DNA of 64,000 bases from an uncultured Cytophagia bacterium. GTDB taxonomy: Bacteria; Zhuqueibacterota; Zhuqueibacteria; Oceanimicrobiales; Oceanimicrobiaceae. Position numbers and translations under genes: made by a program. Positions 50,796 through 60,752 of the stretch are shown piece after piece (positions within the stretch are counted from its first letter, which is position 1; every line of letters begins with the position of its first letter). The notes beneath the pieces are model-generated. The model made no database searches. It was not told the origin of the DNA and saw only the letters and a program-made list of their open reading frames with translations. Location: assembly GCA_964539665.1 (NCBI GenBank), contig CAZIKB010000003.1, positions 60,062 through 124,061 of the forward strand. The letters run 5' to 3'.

Positions 50796-52782
50796 GATTA
50801 AAGTTGTATTTGGTATAATAGCTATCCTATTTTTAGTGTCATTGATTAGCTTATCTGTTTTCTGGGGATGCAAAAAAAGCAATGCAAGCGCAATTGAAAA
50901 AAAAGTGATTGTTATTGGCTTTGATGGTATGGATCCAAGACTTTTGTCAAAATATATGAGTGAGGATCGACTTCCAAATTTTACTAAATTAGCTGAAACG
51001 GGCGATTATAAACCGCTTGGTACAAGTATTCCTCCACAGAGTCCGGTTGCCTGGTCAAATTTCATAACAGGTATGAATCCTGGCGGACATGGCATATTTG
51101 ATTTCCTTCATCGTGATCCAAATACAATGCTGCCACTCTCATCTACATCAAAAACGGAAGAGTCTGGCAAATCAATAAAGATCGGCAAATGGGTAATTCC
51201 ATTATCGGGAGGGAAAGTAGTGAATCTACGTAAAGGGCAGGCCTTCTGGGAGAAACTTGAAGATTCAGGCGTCCCAACGACAATTTTCAAAATACCATCA
51301 AATTTTCCACCGGTAAAAACAGACGGCAAAGCTTTGAGTGGTATGGGTACTCCTGATTTACAGGGTACATTTGGTACGTTTTCTTATTATACGGACGACC
51401 CTCCGCCAAATCGCGACGATATTTCCGGCGGTGTGGTTTATCCCGTCAAAATACTAAACAATGAAGTAGAAGCTCAATTAACAGGTCCAGCAAATACATT
51501 TTTAGAAGATGCCCCGAATGCTACTATTCCGTTTAAAGTGTGGAGTGATCCCGAAAATCCTGTAGTAAAAATATCAGTGCAGGATCACCAGATTTTGTTG
51601 AAAGAGAAAGAGTGGAGTGACTGGATTCAGGTGAAATTTGATATTATTCCTGTTCTGGAATCTGTAACTGGCATCTGTAGATTCTATCTGAAAGAAGTAC
51701 GACCGCATTTCAAATTATATGTTACTCCGATAAACATTGATCCTTCAAATCCAGCATTACCCATTTCAACACCTGATGATTATGCAAAAGAACTGTACGA
51801 CCACTGCGGATACTTTTATACGCAAGGCATGCCTGAGGATACAAAAGCGTTGTCCTGGAATGTATTTGATCATGATGATTTCCTGAAACAAGGCTTGAAT
51901 GTACTTGATGAACGATTACGTCTTTTCAATTATGTGTTTGACACGTTTGAGCAAGGTCTGCTGTTTTTTTATTTTTCAACTACCGATTTAAATGGACACA
52001 TGTATTATAATATGATTGATCCTGAACATCCGGGGTATGATGCAAAACAAGCGCAAAAATATGGTGACGTTATGAGTAAGTTATACGAAAGCGCTGATAA
52101 AGCAGTTGGCCACGTACTCGAGCGAATAGATGAAAACACTACACTTATAGTCATGTCAGATCATGGATTTGCACCGTTCAGACGCGCTGTGCATTTAAAT
52201 ACCTGGCTAAAAAATGAAGGATACATTACTTTAATTGATGAATCAAAGCAAGCCGAAAATGAATACTTTCAGAATGTCAATTGGAGCCGAACGCAAGCTT
52301 ATGGATTAGGTTTCAATGGGCTTTATGTAAATTTAAGAGGTCGGGAATCTTATGGTTTTGTTGCTCGACGGGAAAAGAAAGCCCTTTTGAATGAAATTTC
52401 CGAGAAGCTTTTAGCTCTACGCGATCCCAAAGATAATACAAGAATTATCGAACGGGTTTATCTGGCTGAAGAAATTTATTCTGAGCAATATTTAGAAAAT
52501 GCACCTGATCTCATTGTCGGTTACAACCGTGGATACAGAGCTTCATGGGAAACGACAATTGGTAACTTTCCACTGGAATGGATTTCGGACAATATGGATC
52601 CCTGGAGCGGTGATCATTGTATGGCAGCAGAGCTTGTACCTGGTGTAATTTTATCAAATAAAAAAATAGACGCTCAAAATCCTAAACTTTATGATATGGC
52701 CCCTACAATTCTTAACGAATTTAACGTTGAAAAGAGTGACGACATGGTGGGGCAAGTGATATTCAACAACATAGTAAATTAA
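50788..52782 (+). CDS. Alkaline-phosphatase-superfamily PDE/NPP-like protein (paralog 2)
   Basis: It has IGFDGMDP, PQSPVAWSNFITGMNPGGHGIFDF and MSDHGF motifs, with an N-terminal TM or lipobox-like FWGC. Length is 664 aa, and it overlaps the upstream gene by 8 nt. Confidence 0.6.
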   Translation: MNKIKVVFGIIAILFLVSLISLSVFWGCKKSNASAIEKKVIVIGFDGMDPRLLSKYMSEDRLPNFTKLAETGDYKPLGTSIPPQSPVAWSNFITGMNPGGHGIFDFLHRDPNTMLPLSSTSKTEESGKSIKIGKWVIPLSGGKVVNLRKGQAFWEKLEDSGVPTTIFKIPSNFPPVKTDGKALSGMGTPDLQGTFGTFSYYTDDPPPNRDDISGGVVYPVKILNNEVEAQLTGPANTFLEDAPNATIPFKVWSDPENPVVKISVQDHQILLKEKEWSDWIQVKFDIIPVLESVTGICRFYLKEVRPHFKLYVTPINIDPSNPALPISTPDDYAKELYDHCGYFYTQGMPEDTKALSWNVFDHDDFLKQGLNVLDERLRLFNYVFDTFEQGLLFFYFSTTDLNGHMYYNMIDPEHPGYDAKQAQKYGDVMSKLYESADKAVGHVLERIDENTTLIVMSDHGFAPFRRAVHLNTWLKNEGYITLIDESKQAENEYFQNVNWSRTQAYGLGFNGLYVNLRGRESYGFVARREKKALLNEISEKLLALRDPKDNTRIIERVYLAEEIYSEQYLENAPDLIVGYNRGYRASWETTIGNFPLEWISDNMDPWSGDHCMAAELVPGVILSNKKIDAQNPKLYDMAPTILNEFNVEKSDDMVGQVIFNNIVN

Positions 52783-52795
52783 AAAGGAGTTTTAT

Positions 52796-52987
52796 ATGTT
52801 AGGTCCCAAAATTAAATTAGAAAAAGAATTATATGATCGAATTAAAAAATTTTCTGAAATCGCTGGTTATTCTTCTGTTGAAGAATTTGTAACTCATGTG
52901 CTGGAAAAAGAACTGTCGACAATAGATGACTCTGAATCAGAAGAAGAAGTGAAAAAACGATTACAGGGATTGGGATATTTGTCTTAA
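52796..52987 (+). CDS. Small protein (63 aa) with a ribbon-helix-helix-like N-terminus, an acidic linker and a C-terminal ...KKRLQGLGYLS tail
   Basis: It has a strong AGGAG RBS. The N-terminal sequence KIKLEKELYDRIKKFSEIAGYSSVEEFVTHVLEKEL resembles CopG/Arc RHH proteins. Confidence 0.45.
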   Translation: MLGPKIKLEKELYDRIKKFSEIAGYSSVEEFVTHVLEKELSTIDDSESEEEVKKRLQGLGYLS

Positions 52988-53038
52988 AATATTTCATAAT
53001 TCCAATAATACCATAAATCCACGGAGTTAGTATAAAAT

Positions 53039-53869
53039 ATGTTGAATATATTGAACTATTTTTTTAATATAATTTTTAATGTTATATTTTTTCCATTTAA
53101 AAATATGGATCCGATCTGGGGCATGTTAGTGGTTTCGTTTGTTACAGGGATTGTGATGTTATTTGTTTTTAAGGCAACTTCCGATCAGATTGGTATTAAA
53201 AAAGCAAAAAATTTGGTAAAGGGCCATTTCCTGGCCATTCGACTCTATCGGGACGATATCACACTTATGTTTGTTACCATGAAAAATATTATCATGAGTA
53301 ACCTGCTTTACATGAAAAAATCTTTTCGCCCCATGCTTTTTCTAATAATTCCTGTGGGTGTCATTTTAATTCACCTTGGCACCAGGTATGAATTCCGGCC
53401 ATTCAAAGTTGGGGAGACAATTATTGTTTCCATACGTCTGGATGACAAAATTCAGGATCTGAATCTCAACAATGTTGTTTTTGAACTTCCAGATGGTTTA
53501 ACCTCCGACATGCCGCCCGTTCGAATTCAGCAATTACGGGAAATTAACTGGCGTATCAAAGCTGAAAAGCCAGGCATCTATGATCTGATTTTTAAATACA
53601 ACAACAGTAATGTAACAAAGCGACTTGAAGTCAGAGATTCATTGATACCGCTTTCGAAAGAAATTGCCCAGAACAGTTTATCTGTGACTCTAATGAATCC
53701 CGGGGAATCGAGTTTGCCCGGATCTTCATTCGCTTCTCACATTGCAATCGGTTACCCCAAAAGAGATTTCAAATTCTTAGGATTCAGTTTCCATTGGTTA
53801 ATTGCTTTCTTTGTTTTTAGTCTAATTGCGGCATTTTCATTTAAAGGCGTGCTTGGCGTTGAAGTTTAG
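53039..53869 (+). CDS. Hypothetical membrane protein
   Basis: The 276 aa protein has 3-4 predicted TM segments at the N- and C-termini and a central soluble region. Confidence 0.35.
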   Translation: MLNILNYFFNIIFNVIFFPFKNMDPIWGMLVVSFVTGIVMLFVFKATSDQIGIKKAKNLVKGHFLAIRLYRDDITLMFVTMKNIIMSNLLYMKKSFRPMLFLIIPVGVILIHLGTRYEFRPFKVGETIIVSIRLDDKIQDLNLNNVVFELPDGLTSDMPPVRIQQLREINWRIKAEKPGIYDLIFKYNNSNVTKRLEVRDSLIPLSKEIAQNSLSVTLMNPGESSLPGSSFASHIAIGYPKRDFKFLGFSFHWLIAFFVFSLIAAFSFKGVLGVEV

Positions 53870-53938
53870 GAGATAATTATTTTAAAAAAACAATTTGCAT
53901 GTGATAGAAATCTTTTTTAATATGCCGGTTAAAAAGCG

Positions 53939-54775
53939 ATGAGTTATAAATTTTTATCTACTAAAACAAGTCAGGAACATGATTTAGACCAGTGGCAAAA
54001 TCGTAGCCTCGAAGGTGAAATAAAAAGTTTTGAAGGCCGTACATTAGTTCGTATTTTTAATAAATATTTAAACGGAAAAGAAGCGAAAATCCTTGAAGGA
54101 GGTTGCGGATTTGGTGCTTGGTGTGAGTGGTTCCAAAAACAGGGTTATCAAATATTAGGTATTGAATACGATAATAATATAGTAAAAAGAGCCAAAAAAT
54201 ATAAGCCAGATGTAGCCGTTGAATTAGGCGATATCACCGAAATAAAGTACCCGTCCGATAGCTTTGACGCTTATGTATCATTGGGAGTGATTGAACATTT
54301 TGAACATGGTCCAGAGTCTGCCCTGAGAGAAGCCCATCGAATTCTTAAACCAGATGGCATAGCCTTTGTAACTACGCCTTATTTAACAGTAATCCGAAGG
54401 TTTGTTGCTCATCCGGTTCGCAGCTTGTATTTTTTAATTCGAGAGTTTCGTGGAAAATCAAATTATTTTTGGGAATATCGGTTTACAAAAAATGAATTAC
54501 GTTCTTTTCTTGAGAATACTGGCTTTGAAATTATACATGCGGATATCGACGATTATGAGCATAGGATTAAGAATCGCCACATAGGTCTGTGGGCGGATTG
54601 GTTTTTTTTAAGAAGAAAAAATGGTGCAATCTGGGAGTTAAATGGTTTAGGAAAATTTGTGCTCAGAGTTGTCAATCTTTTTCCTGATTCCTGGTACTGC
54701 TCGGGTTTGCATCTGGTTGCAAGGGCAAAAAAGAACGATATCACTGAAAATAGTGAAATTACTAAATCCAAATAA
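53939..54775 (+). CDS. Class I SAM-dependent methyltransferase
   Basis: It has [11 protein letters not shown] (motif I), ILGIEYD and LKPDGIAFV motifs. Length is 278 aa. Confidence 0.7.
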   Translation: MSYKFLSTKTSQEHDLDQWQNRSLEGEIKSFEGRTLVRIFNKYLNGKEAKILEGGCGFGAWCEWFQKQGYQILGIEYDNNIVKRAKKYKPDVAVELGDITEIKYPSDSFDAYVSLGVIEHFEHGPESALREAHRILKPDGIAFVTTPYLTVIRRFVAHPVRSLYFLIREFRGKSNYFWEYRFTKNELRSFLENTGFEIIHADIDDYEHRIKNRHIGLWADWFFLRRKNGAIWELNGLGKFVLRVVNLFPDSWYCSGLHLVARAKKNDITENSEITKSK

Positions 54776-54798
54776 TTATAAAATATGAAAGGAATTAC

Positions 54799-57435
54799 AT
54801 GGAATTAATCGCACCTCACGGTGGCAAACTTGTTGATCAGGTTTTACGTGGCGAAGAACGTGAAGCAGCTTTGAACAAAGCTAAGCATCTAAAAAAAATT
54901 GCAATCAACGCAACAGCAATTTCTGATGTAGAACTCATTGCAGTTGGTGCATTCAGCCCATTAACGGGATTTATGAAACAGGCTGATTATGAAAATGTAG
55001 TTACGAATATACGTTTAGCAAATGGCGTGGTCTGGTCGATACCAATAACTTTGTCAGTTACCAGTGAAATTGCTGATGAAGTTAAAATTGACGAAGAAAT
55101 TGTATTAACCAATGATGCCGGATTGCAATTAGCATTATTAAAAGTTGAGGAAAAGTTTACTTACGATAAAACCCGGGAAGCGGAATTTGTATATAAAACA
55201 ACCGAAGAAGCCCATCCTGGCGTTGCCCGGCTTTACAAGCAGGATGATGTGTTATTAGGTGGTGAGATTAGGCTAATCAATCGGGTGCCGGATCAACCAT
55301 TTCCGGATTTTCGACACGATCCTGTTCAGAGTCGGCGTATGTTTGCCAGTCGCGGTTGGAAAAAAATTGTAGGATTTCAAACTCGCAATCCAATACATCG
55401 TGCGCATGAATACATACAGAAATGTGCATTGGAAATTGTCGATGGTTTATTTTTACATCCATTAGTTGGGGAGACTAAAAAGGATGATATTCCCGCGGAT
55501 ATTCGCATGCAAAGTTATGAGAGCCTGCTGCGAGATTATTATCCGCCAAACCGTACACTTTTAGGGGTATATCCGGCCGCCATGCGCTATGCCGGTCCAA
55601 GAGAGGCTATTTTTCATGCGATTGCGCGAAAGAATTATGGCTGCAGCCATTTTATAGTCGGTCGAGACCATGCCGGGGTTGGTAATTATTATGGAACGTA
55701 TGATGCTCAAAAAATATTCGATGATTTCAAAAAGGAAGAAATAGATATCACACCTTTATTTTTTGATCATACATTTTATTGCAAAAAATGCGGTGCTATT
55801 GTTTCTGACAAAACCTGTCCGCATGATCAATCTGAGCGTTTGATATTAAGTGGCACTCAGGTTCGTGAAATGCTCACTCGCGGGGAAGCGCCACCACCAG
55901 AATTAACCCGCCCGGAAGTGGCGAGTATACTGATCGAAGGTTATCGCAAAGAAGGCAAATCAGTTCAACCAGAAAAAAAACCGGAAGCCAAAAGAGCACC
56001 AGCTAAATCCGAACCAAAGGCAGCGGTTGCAAGGGCGTCTAAAAATGGCAAGCGGAAAGTATTTGTCATCGGCCTTGATTGTGCCACACCCGAATTGATT
56101 TTTGACCAGTACAAATCGGAGCTTCCAAACTTTCGGAAATTAATGGAAAGCGGTCTTTACGGAGAATTAGAAAGCAGCATTCCGCCAATTACCGTTCCAG
56201 CCTGGTCGTCCATGATGAGCAGTAAAGATCCGGGGCAGTTGGGCTTTTACGACTTTCGTAATCGTGCAGATTACTCCTATGAAAGCATGTATATTGCCTC
56301 ATCCAGGTCAGTAAAAACGGATCGGGTCTGGGATATTCTCTCTCGTTCAGGAAAACAGGTATCGGTTGTGGGAGTGCCTCAAACCTATCCTATCCAGCCC
56401 GTTAAAGGAAACATGATTTCTTGCTTTCTGACTCCTTCTACTGAAAGCCAGTACACCTATCCTGAAGAACTTAAATCTGAAATCCAGGAGTTGGTGGGAG
56501 ACTACATGATTGATGTGCCTAATTTTAGAACCGAGAACAAGGATTTGCTTTTGCGGCAAATTTATGAAATGACCGAAAAGCGTTTTCGGCTTGTTCGCTA
56601 TCTAATGCGGAAAAAACCGTGGGACTTTTTTATGTTTGTCGAAATGGGTACAGATCGCATTCATCACGGATTCTGGAAGTATATGGATACCGGCCATAAA
56701 AAATATGAACCCGGTAATCCTTATGAAAACTCAATAAAGGAATATTATAAATATCTGGATCGGGAAATCGGCGAGGTACTTGATAACCTTGACGACGATA
56801 CATCCGTTTTGGTGGTTTCAGACCATGGCGCCAAAAAAATGGATGGCGGTATATGCATTAATGAATGGCTCATTGAAAATGGCTATCTTATTTTAAAAGA
56901 GAAACCGGCTTCACTTATGCCACTGGAGAAAGCAGAAATAGACTGGCCCAAAACGAAAGCATGGGGCGCTGGCGGATATTTTGGCCGAATTTTTCTTAAT
57001 GTCCGCGGCCGCGAACCTGAAGGCGCGGTTGCACCTGAAGAGTATGAAACCATTCGGAATGAATTGATTCATAAGCTGGAAAATATAAAGGACGAAAAAG
57101 GCCAGCCATTAACTACCAGAGTTATAAAGCCAAATGAGGTTTATAAGGAAGTAAACAATATTCCTCCGGATTTAATGGTCTATTTTGGTGATTTGAATTG
57201 GCGGTCGGTTGGCAGTGTCGGATTAAATCGAATACACACTTTTGATAAAGAGCTGGGACCTGATGATGCTAACCATTCTCAGCACGGTATTTTTGTCATG
57301 CATGATCCACAAAATCCTGCAAATGGCAAGAGAATTCACGGCATGCAATTGGTTGATGTTGCGCCAACTATTTTAGATTTATTTGGTGACGAAATTCCAA
57401 ATGATATGATCGGTAAAGTTATCAGGAACAAATAA
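54799..57435 (+). CDS. sat: Fusion protein: N-terminal sulfate adenylyltransferase (ATP sulfurylase) and C-terminal alkaline-phosphatase-superfamily PDE/NPP-like domain
   Basis: Residues 1-390 carry the [13 protein letters not shown] and [15 protein letters not shown]-sulfurylase signatures. A Lys/Pro/Ala-rich linker follows. Residues from about 420 have [17 protein letters not shown] and VSDHGAKK motifs homologous to the ORFs at 48612, 50788 and 58183. Total length is 878 aa. Confidence 0.75.
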   Translation: MELIAPHGGKLVDQVLRGEEREAALNKAKHLKKIAINATAISDVELIAVGAFSPLTGFMKQADYENVVTNIRLANGVVWSIPITLSVTSEIADEVKIDEEIVLTNDAGLQLALLKVEEKFTYDKTREAEFVYKTTEEAHPGVARLYKQDDVLLGGEIRLINRVPDQPFPDFRHDPVQSRRMFASRGWKKIVGFQTRNPIHRAHEYIQKCALEIVDGLFLHPLVGETKKDDIPADIRMQSYESLLRDYYPPNRTLLGVYPAAMRYAGPREAIFHAIARKNYGCSHFIVGRDHAGVGNYYGTYDAQKIFDDFKKEEIDITPLFFDHTFYCKKCGAIVSDKTCPHDQSERLILSGTQVREMLTRGEAPPPELTRPEVASILIEGYRKEGKSVQPEKKPEAKRAPAKSEPKAAVARASKNGKRKVFVIGLDCATPELIFDQYKSELPNFRKLMESGLYGELESSIPPITVPAWSSMMSSKDPGQLGFYDFRNRADYSYESMYIASSRSVKTDRVWDILSRSGKQVSVVGVPQTYPIQPVKGNMISCFLTPSTESQYTYPEELKSEIQELVGDYMIDVPNFRTENKDLLLRQIYEMTEKRFRLVRYLMRKKPWDFFMFVEMGTDRIHHGFWKYMDTGHKKYEPGNPYENSIKEYYKYLDREIGEVLDNLDDDTSVLVVSDHGAKKMDGGICINEWLIENGYLILKEKPASLMPLEKAEIDWPKTKAWGAGGYFGRIFLNVRGREPEGAVAPEEYETIRNELIHKLENIKDEKGQPLTTRVIKPNEVYKEVNNIPPDLMVYFGDLNWRSVGSVGLNRIHTFDKELGPDDANHSQHGIFVMHDPQNPANGKRIHGMQLVDVAPTILDLFGDEIPNDMIGKVIRNK

Positions 57436-57451
57436 GGCGTTAGAGGAAACA

Positions 57452-57492
57452 CGCTGAGGATATTTGCCACACACTTCCAGGGTGTGTGGCAA
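57452..57492 (+). terminator. Perfect 13-bp stem hairpin (ATTTGCCACACAC / GTGTGTGGCAAAT, 7-nt loop) followed by an AT-rich TTTTAAATT tract; intrinsic terminator or attenuator between the sat fusion and cysC
   Basis: The inverted repeat was read directly at 57452-57484. It starts 17 nt after the stop at 57435. Confidence 0.5.
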
Positions 57493-57559
57493 ATCCAATT
57501 TTAAATTAAAATCAATTAATTAGTTGTAATGATATAAATTTTATGGAGGTTTCAATTTT

Positions 57560-58183
57560 ATGAAGACATCTAAAAAAGCATGTACAATTTGGTTCACGGG
57601 TTTACCTTCCTCTGGAAAATCTACTTTGGCGGAGATGCTGGAAAAGGAGTTAAAAAACCGCGGAGAAAGGGTCGAAATTTTAGATGGCGATGTAGTCCGT
57701 ACGAATTTAAGCAAAGGCTTGACCTTTAGTAAGGAAGATCGGGACATCAATATCCGGAGAATAGGATTTGTTTGTCATTTGTTGACAAGAAATGGTGTGT
57801 TCGCAATTTCTGCAGCAATATCTCCTTATAGAAATATACGAGATGAAAACCGTGCACTCATAGGCAACTTTGTCGAGGTTTTTGTTGATTGTCCACTGGA
57901 TGAATGTATTAAAAGAGATGTAAAAGGTCTTTATAAAAAAGCATTGGCCGGCGAAATAAAGGAATTTACCGGCGTTTCTGATCCTTATGAAGAACCTCTC
58001 AAACCTGAAATTGTGATTGACGCCCACGGAGAAGAACCCAAAGATAGCCTTCAAAAAATACTGGCGAGATTAGTAGAATTAGGTTACTTATCCAATAACG
58101 GTCTTGATACATCTGACAAAGCATATTCTGATGAAGAAGAAGAGGTAGTGAGAAAGCGGCTGAGTGATCTGGGCTATATTTAA
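57560..58183 (+). CDS. cysC: Adenylylsulfate (APS) kinase with a roughly 50-aa C-terminal extension carrying two LGY[IL] tail motifs
   Basis: It has the P-loop [14 protein letters not shown] and the APS-kinase core. The extension reads ...[40 protein letters not shown]. Confidence 0.85.
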   Translation: MKTSKKACTIWFTGLPSSGKSTLAEMLEKELKNRGERVEILDGDVVRTNLSKGLTFSKEDRDINIRRIGFVCHLLTRNGVFAISAAISPYRNIRDENRALIGNFVEVFVDCPLDECIKRDVKGLYKKALAGEIKEFTGVSDPYEEPLKPEIVIDAHGEEPKDSLQKILARLVELGYLSNNGLDTSDKAYSDEEEEVVRKRLSDLGYI

Positions 58184-59529
58184 TGTTAAATATTTTTAAG
58201 AAAAATAAGGGATCAAAAGTATTTGTTCTGTCTATCGACGGTGTTCCCTTTTCATTTATGCAGGAAAACATAGAAAAGGGTCATTTTCCTAACTTCAAAC
58301 GTTTTTTGAATATGGGTGATTTTAAAAGGATGAATTCAGTGCAACCGGTGATATCATCGGTTGCCTGGTCCTCTTTTATGACAGGCAAGAATCCGGCTAA
58401 GCATAATATTTATGGATTTGTGGATCAAATGCCGGGTTCAAATAATGTATATATTCCTACTTCGCTCAACATGACCAGTAAAACCATTTGGGATATCATG
58501 AGTGAGGCTGGGAAAAAAGTGTTTGTGATGAATGTTCCTGTAACCTATCCACCACGCGCGGTAAATGGAATTATGATTGGCTGTTTCCTTTGCACTCAAA
58601 TTGAGAAAATAGCTTCCCCGCCTGCTATTTCTGCTGAATTAAAAAATATGGGCTATAAGATTGATGCAGACGCCTGGATCGCCCGTGAAAATTTAGACAA
58701 ATTCCTGGAGGAAGTAAATACTACCCTGGAAAAGCGAACCGAGGCTATGTTTCATTTTTTGGCAAAGGAAGATTGGGATTATTTTCACACCCACATCATG
58801 GAAACAGACCGGATAAATCACTTTTTATGGGAGCACATGGAACTCGATGAGCCGAAATATGCTAAAGCTTTTTTCCAATTTTATAAAAGGTTGGATGATA
58901 TTTTAGGTGAAGTTGAACAAAAAATCGGCGAAGACGCGGAATTTATAGTTCTGTCTGATCACGGTTTTTGTACTATTAAGAAAGAAATCTATCTCAATAA
59001 TTATTTGGAAGAAGCCGGTATATTGAAATTTAATAACTCTCAGCCGGAAAGTATCGCGGACATGCATGAAGATTCCACGGCCTACAGCTTGATTCCAGGC
59101 AGGGTATTTGTGAATCTAAATGGGCGCGAGCCGAACGGTTCGATATCGCCGGGGAATTATGAAAAGACCCGGGAAAAACTCACTGAGACGCTTCTTAATT
59201 TAAAGGAAAAAGACACCGGCGAATTTATTATCAAGGAAGTTATCAGGCGCGAAAATATCTACGAAGGTCAAAATATTGGCTCCGCAGCGGACTTAATTGC
59301 TGTTCCACATGATGGTTATGACTTGAAAGGGAACGTGAATAAAGAAGTGTTTGGTGAAAAGGGGGCGCTGGTCGGAATGCATACATTCGAAGATTCACTT
59401 TTATTTGTTCGAAATAAATCTTTGTTAAAACAGAATAATCAATTTTGGATCGGAGATTTGGCTCCAACTATTTTAAATATGATGAATATACCCATCCCAA
59501 ACGATATGGATGGAGTGGCATTAGTTTGA
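58183..59529 (+). CDS. Alkaline-phosphatase-superfamily PDE/NPP-like protein (soluble paralog)
   Basis: Its ATG overlaps the cysC stop by 1 nt. It has LSIDGVP, PVISSVAWSSFMTGKNPAKHNIYGF and LSDHGF motifs. Length is 448 aa. Confidence 0.6.
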   Translation: MLNIFKKNKGSKVFVLSIDGVPFSFMQENIEKGHFPNFKRFLNMGDFKRMNSVQPVISSVAWSSFMTGKNPAKHNIYGFVDQMPGSNNVYIPTSLNMTSKTIWDIMSEAGKKVFVMNVPVTYPPRAVNGIMIGCFLCTQIEKIASPPAISAELKNMGYKIDADAWIARENLDKFLEEVNTTLEKRTEAMFHFLAKEDWDYFHTHIMETDRINHFLWEHMELDEPKYAKAFFQFYKRLDDILGEVEQKIGEDAEFIVLSDHGFCTIKKEIYLNNYLEEAGILKFNNSQPESIADMHEDSTAYSLIPGRVFVNLNGREPNGSISPGNYEKTREKLTETLLNLKEKDTGEFIIKEVIRRENIYEGQNIGSAADLIAVPHDGYDLKGNVNKEVFGEKGALVGMHTFEDSLLFVRNKSLLKQNNQFWIGDLAPTILNMMNIPIPNDMDGVALV

Positions 59530-59536
59530 GTAATCT

Positions 59537-60682
59537 TTGCAGGAAAAAATGACCCAGAAATCACAAATCAATGTTCTTCAGGTTGTAGAGGGACTCAATT
59601 TAGGCGGGGCTGAAATTAAGCTTTTGGAGCTCATCGCCAACATGGATCGCAGCAGATTTAGAACGGTTGTGTGTAGTCTTGGAATGGGTGAAAGAATTAA
59701 AGAAAAAGTAACAGAATTAGATGTTAAATTTGTTAGTCTCGCGAGGAAAAGACGATTTGATCCAATGTTGATATGGAAAGTGGCCAAATTGATTCGTCAG
59801 GAAAATATTGATGTCGTGATGACTACGCTTTTTTATGCTGATGTTGTTGGCGCTTTTGCCCGGCTCTTCAGCCCGACTAAAGCTGTATTCTCCTGGGAAA
59901 CCATATCTGCTCCGGAATGGCTGCTAAAACACAGGCTTTTTGCTTATCGCTTTGCCATGCGATATTGCGATAATATCATTTCAGTTTCACAAGCAACGGC
60001 AAATTGGCTGGTCGAAAAACGCGGTGTCTCAAATGATAAAATAATAGTCATACCGTACGGCGTTAACCTTGATTTGTATCGACAGGGAAAAAATCATGAG
60101 TTGAAACAGAGTTTAGGAATTCATCCTGATACATTTGTAGCTGGGGTAGTGGCGCGACTCCATCCTCAGAAAGGGCACAAATATTTAATTGAGGCGGCTA
60201 AAACAATTGTCCAAAAACATGCAAATATTAAATTTGTATTTGCTGGCGATGGAGAATTAAGAAGTGAATTAGAAAGCCTGGTGCAATCCGCGAATCTTCA
60301 GGATTATTTTCTGTTCTTAGGCTTCAGAAATGATGTGAAAGAACTATTAGGGACGTTTGATGCTTTTGTGCTTCCCTCTTTGTACGAGGGGCTGCCAAAT
60401 GTTATTTTGGAAGCAATGGCAACCGGCCTTCCTGTTGTTGCGACTGCAGTTGATGGCACAGTCGAATTAATTGAAGATGGTGAAACCGGGTTTCTTGTAC
60501 CGCCGAAAGATCCACAGGCTTTAGTGGAAAAAATCTATCAACTAATTCAAGACAAAGACCGAATCTGTAGATTTGGCAAACAAGGGCGTAAACGAGTTGA
60601 GTTAAAATATTCTCTACAGATGCAGGTGAGCAATTTCCAGAATCTATATGAAAAATATGTTTTTAATGGAATTAAAAAATAA
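59537..60682 (+). CDS. GT4 glycosyltransferase
   Basis: It has a GGAE N-motif and the C-domain sequence LPSLYEGLPNVILEAMATGLPVVAT with E-x7-E. Length is 381 aa. Confidence 0.75.
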   Translation: MQEKMTQKSQINVLQVVEGLNLGGAEIKLLELIANMDRSRFRTVVCSLGMGERIKEKVTELDVKFVSLARKRRFDPMLIWKVAKLIRQENIDVVMTTLFYADVVGAFARLFSPTKAVFSWETISAPEWLLKHRLFAYRFAMRYCDNIISVSQATANWLVEKRGVSNDKIIVIPYGVNLDLYRQGKNHELKQSLGIHPDTFVAGVVARLHPQKGHKYLIEAAKTIVQKHANIKFVFAGDGELRSELESLVQSANLQDYFLFLGFRNDVKELLGTFDAFVLPSLYEGLPNVILEAMATGLPVVATAVDGTVELIEDGETGFLVPPKDPQALVEKIYQLIQDKDRICRFGKQGRKRVELKYSLQMQVSNFQNLYEKYVFNGIKK

Positions 60683-60720
60683 ACTGTTACGAATATAAAT
60701 AAAAAATTGATGTATTAAAT

Positions 60721-60752
60721 GGGCGCGATATTTATGGCGCCTTTTTTATTTC
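60721..60752 (+). terminator. Rho-independent terminator candidate (GGCGC stem, 10-nt loop, GCGCC, then TTTTTTATTT)
   Basis: A GC-rich hairpin plus T-tract lies about 40 nt after the stop at 60682, and a 590-bp intergenic gap follows. Confidence 0.5.
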
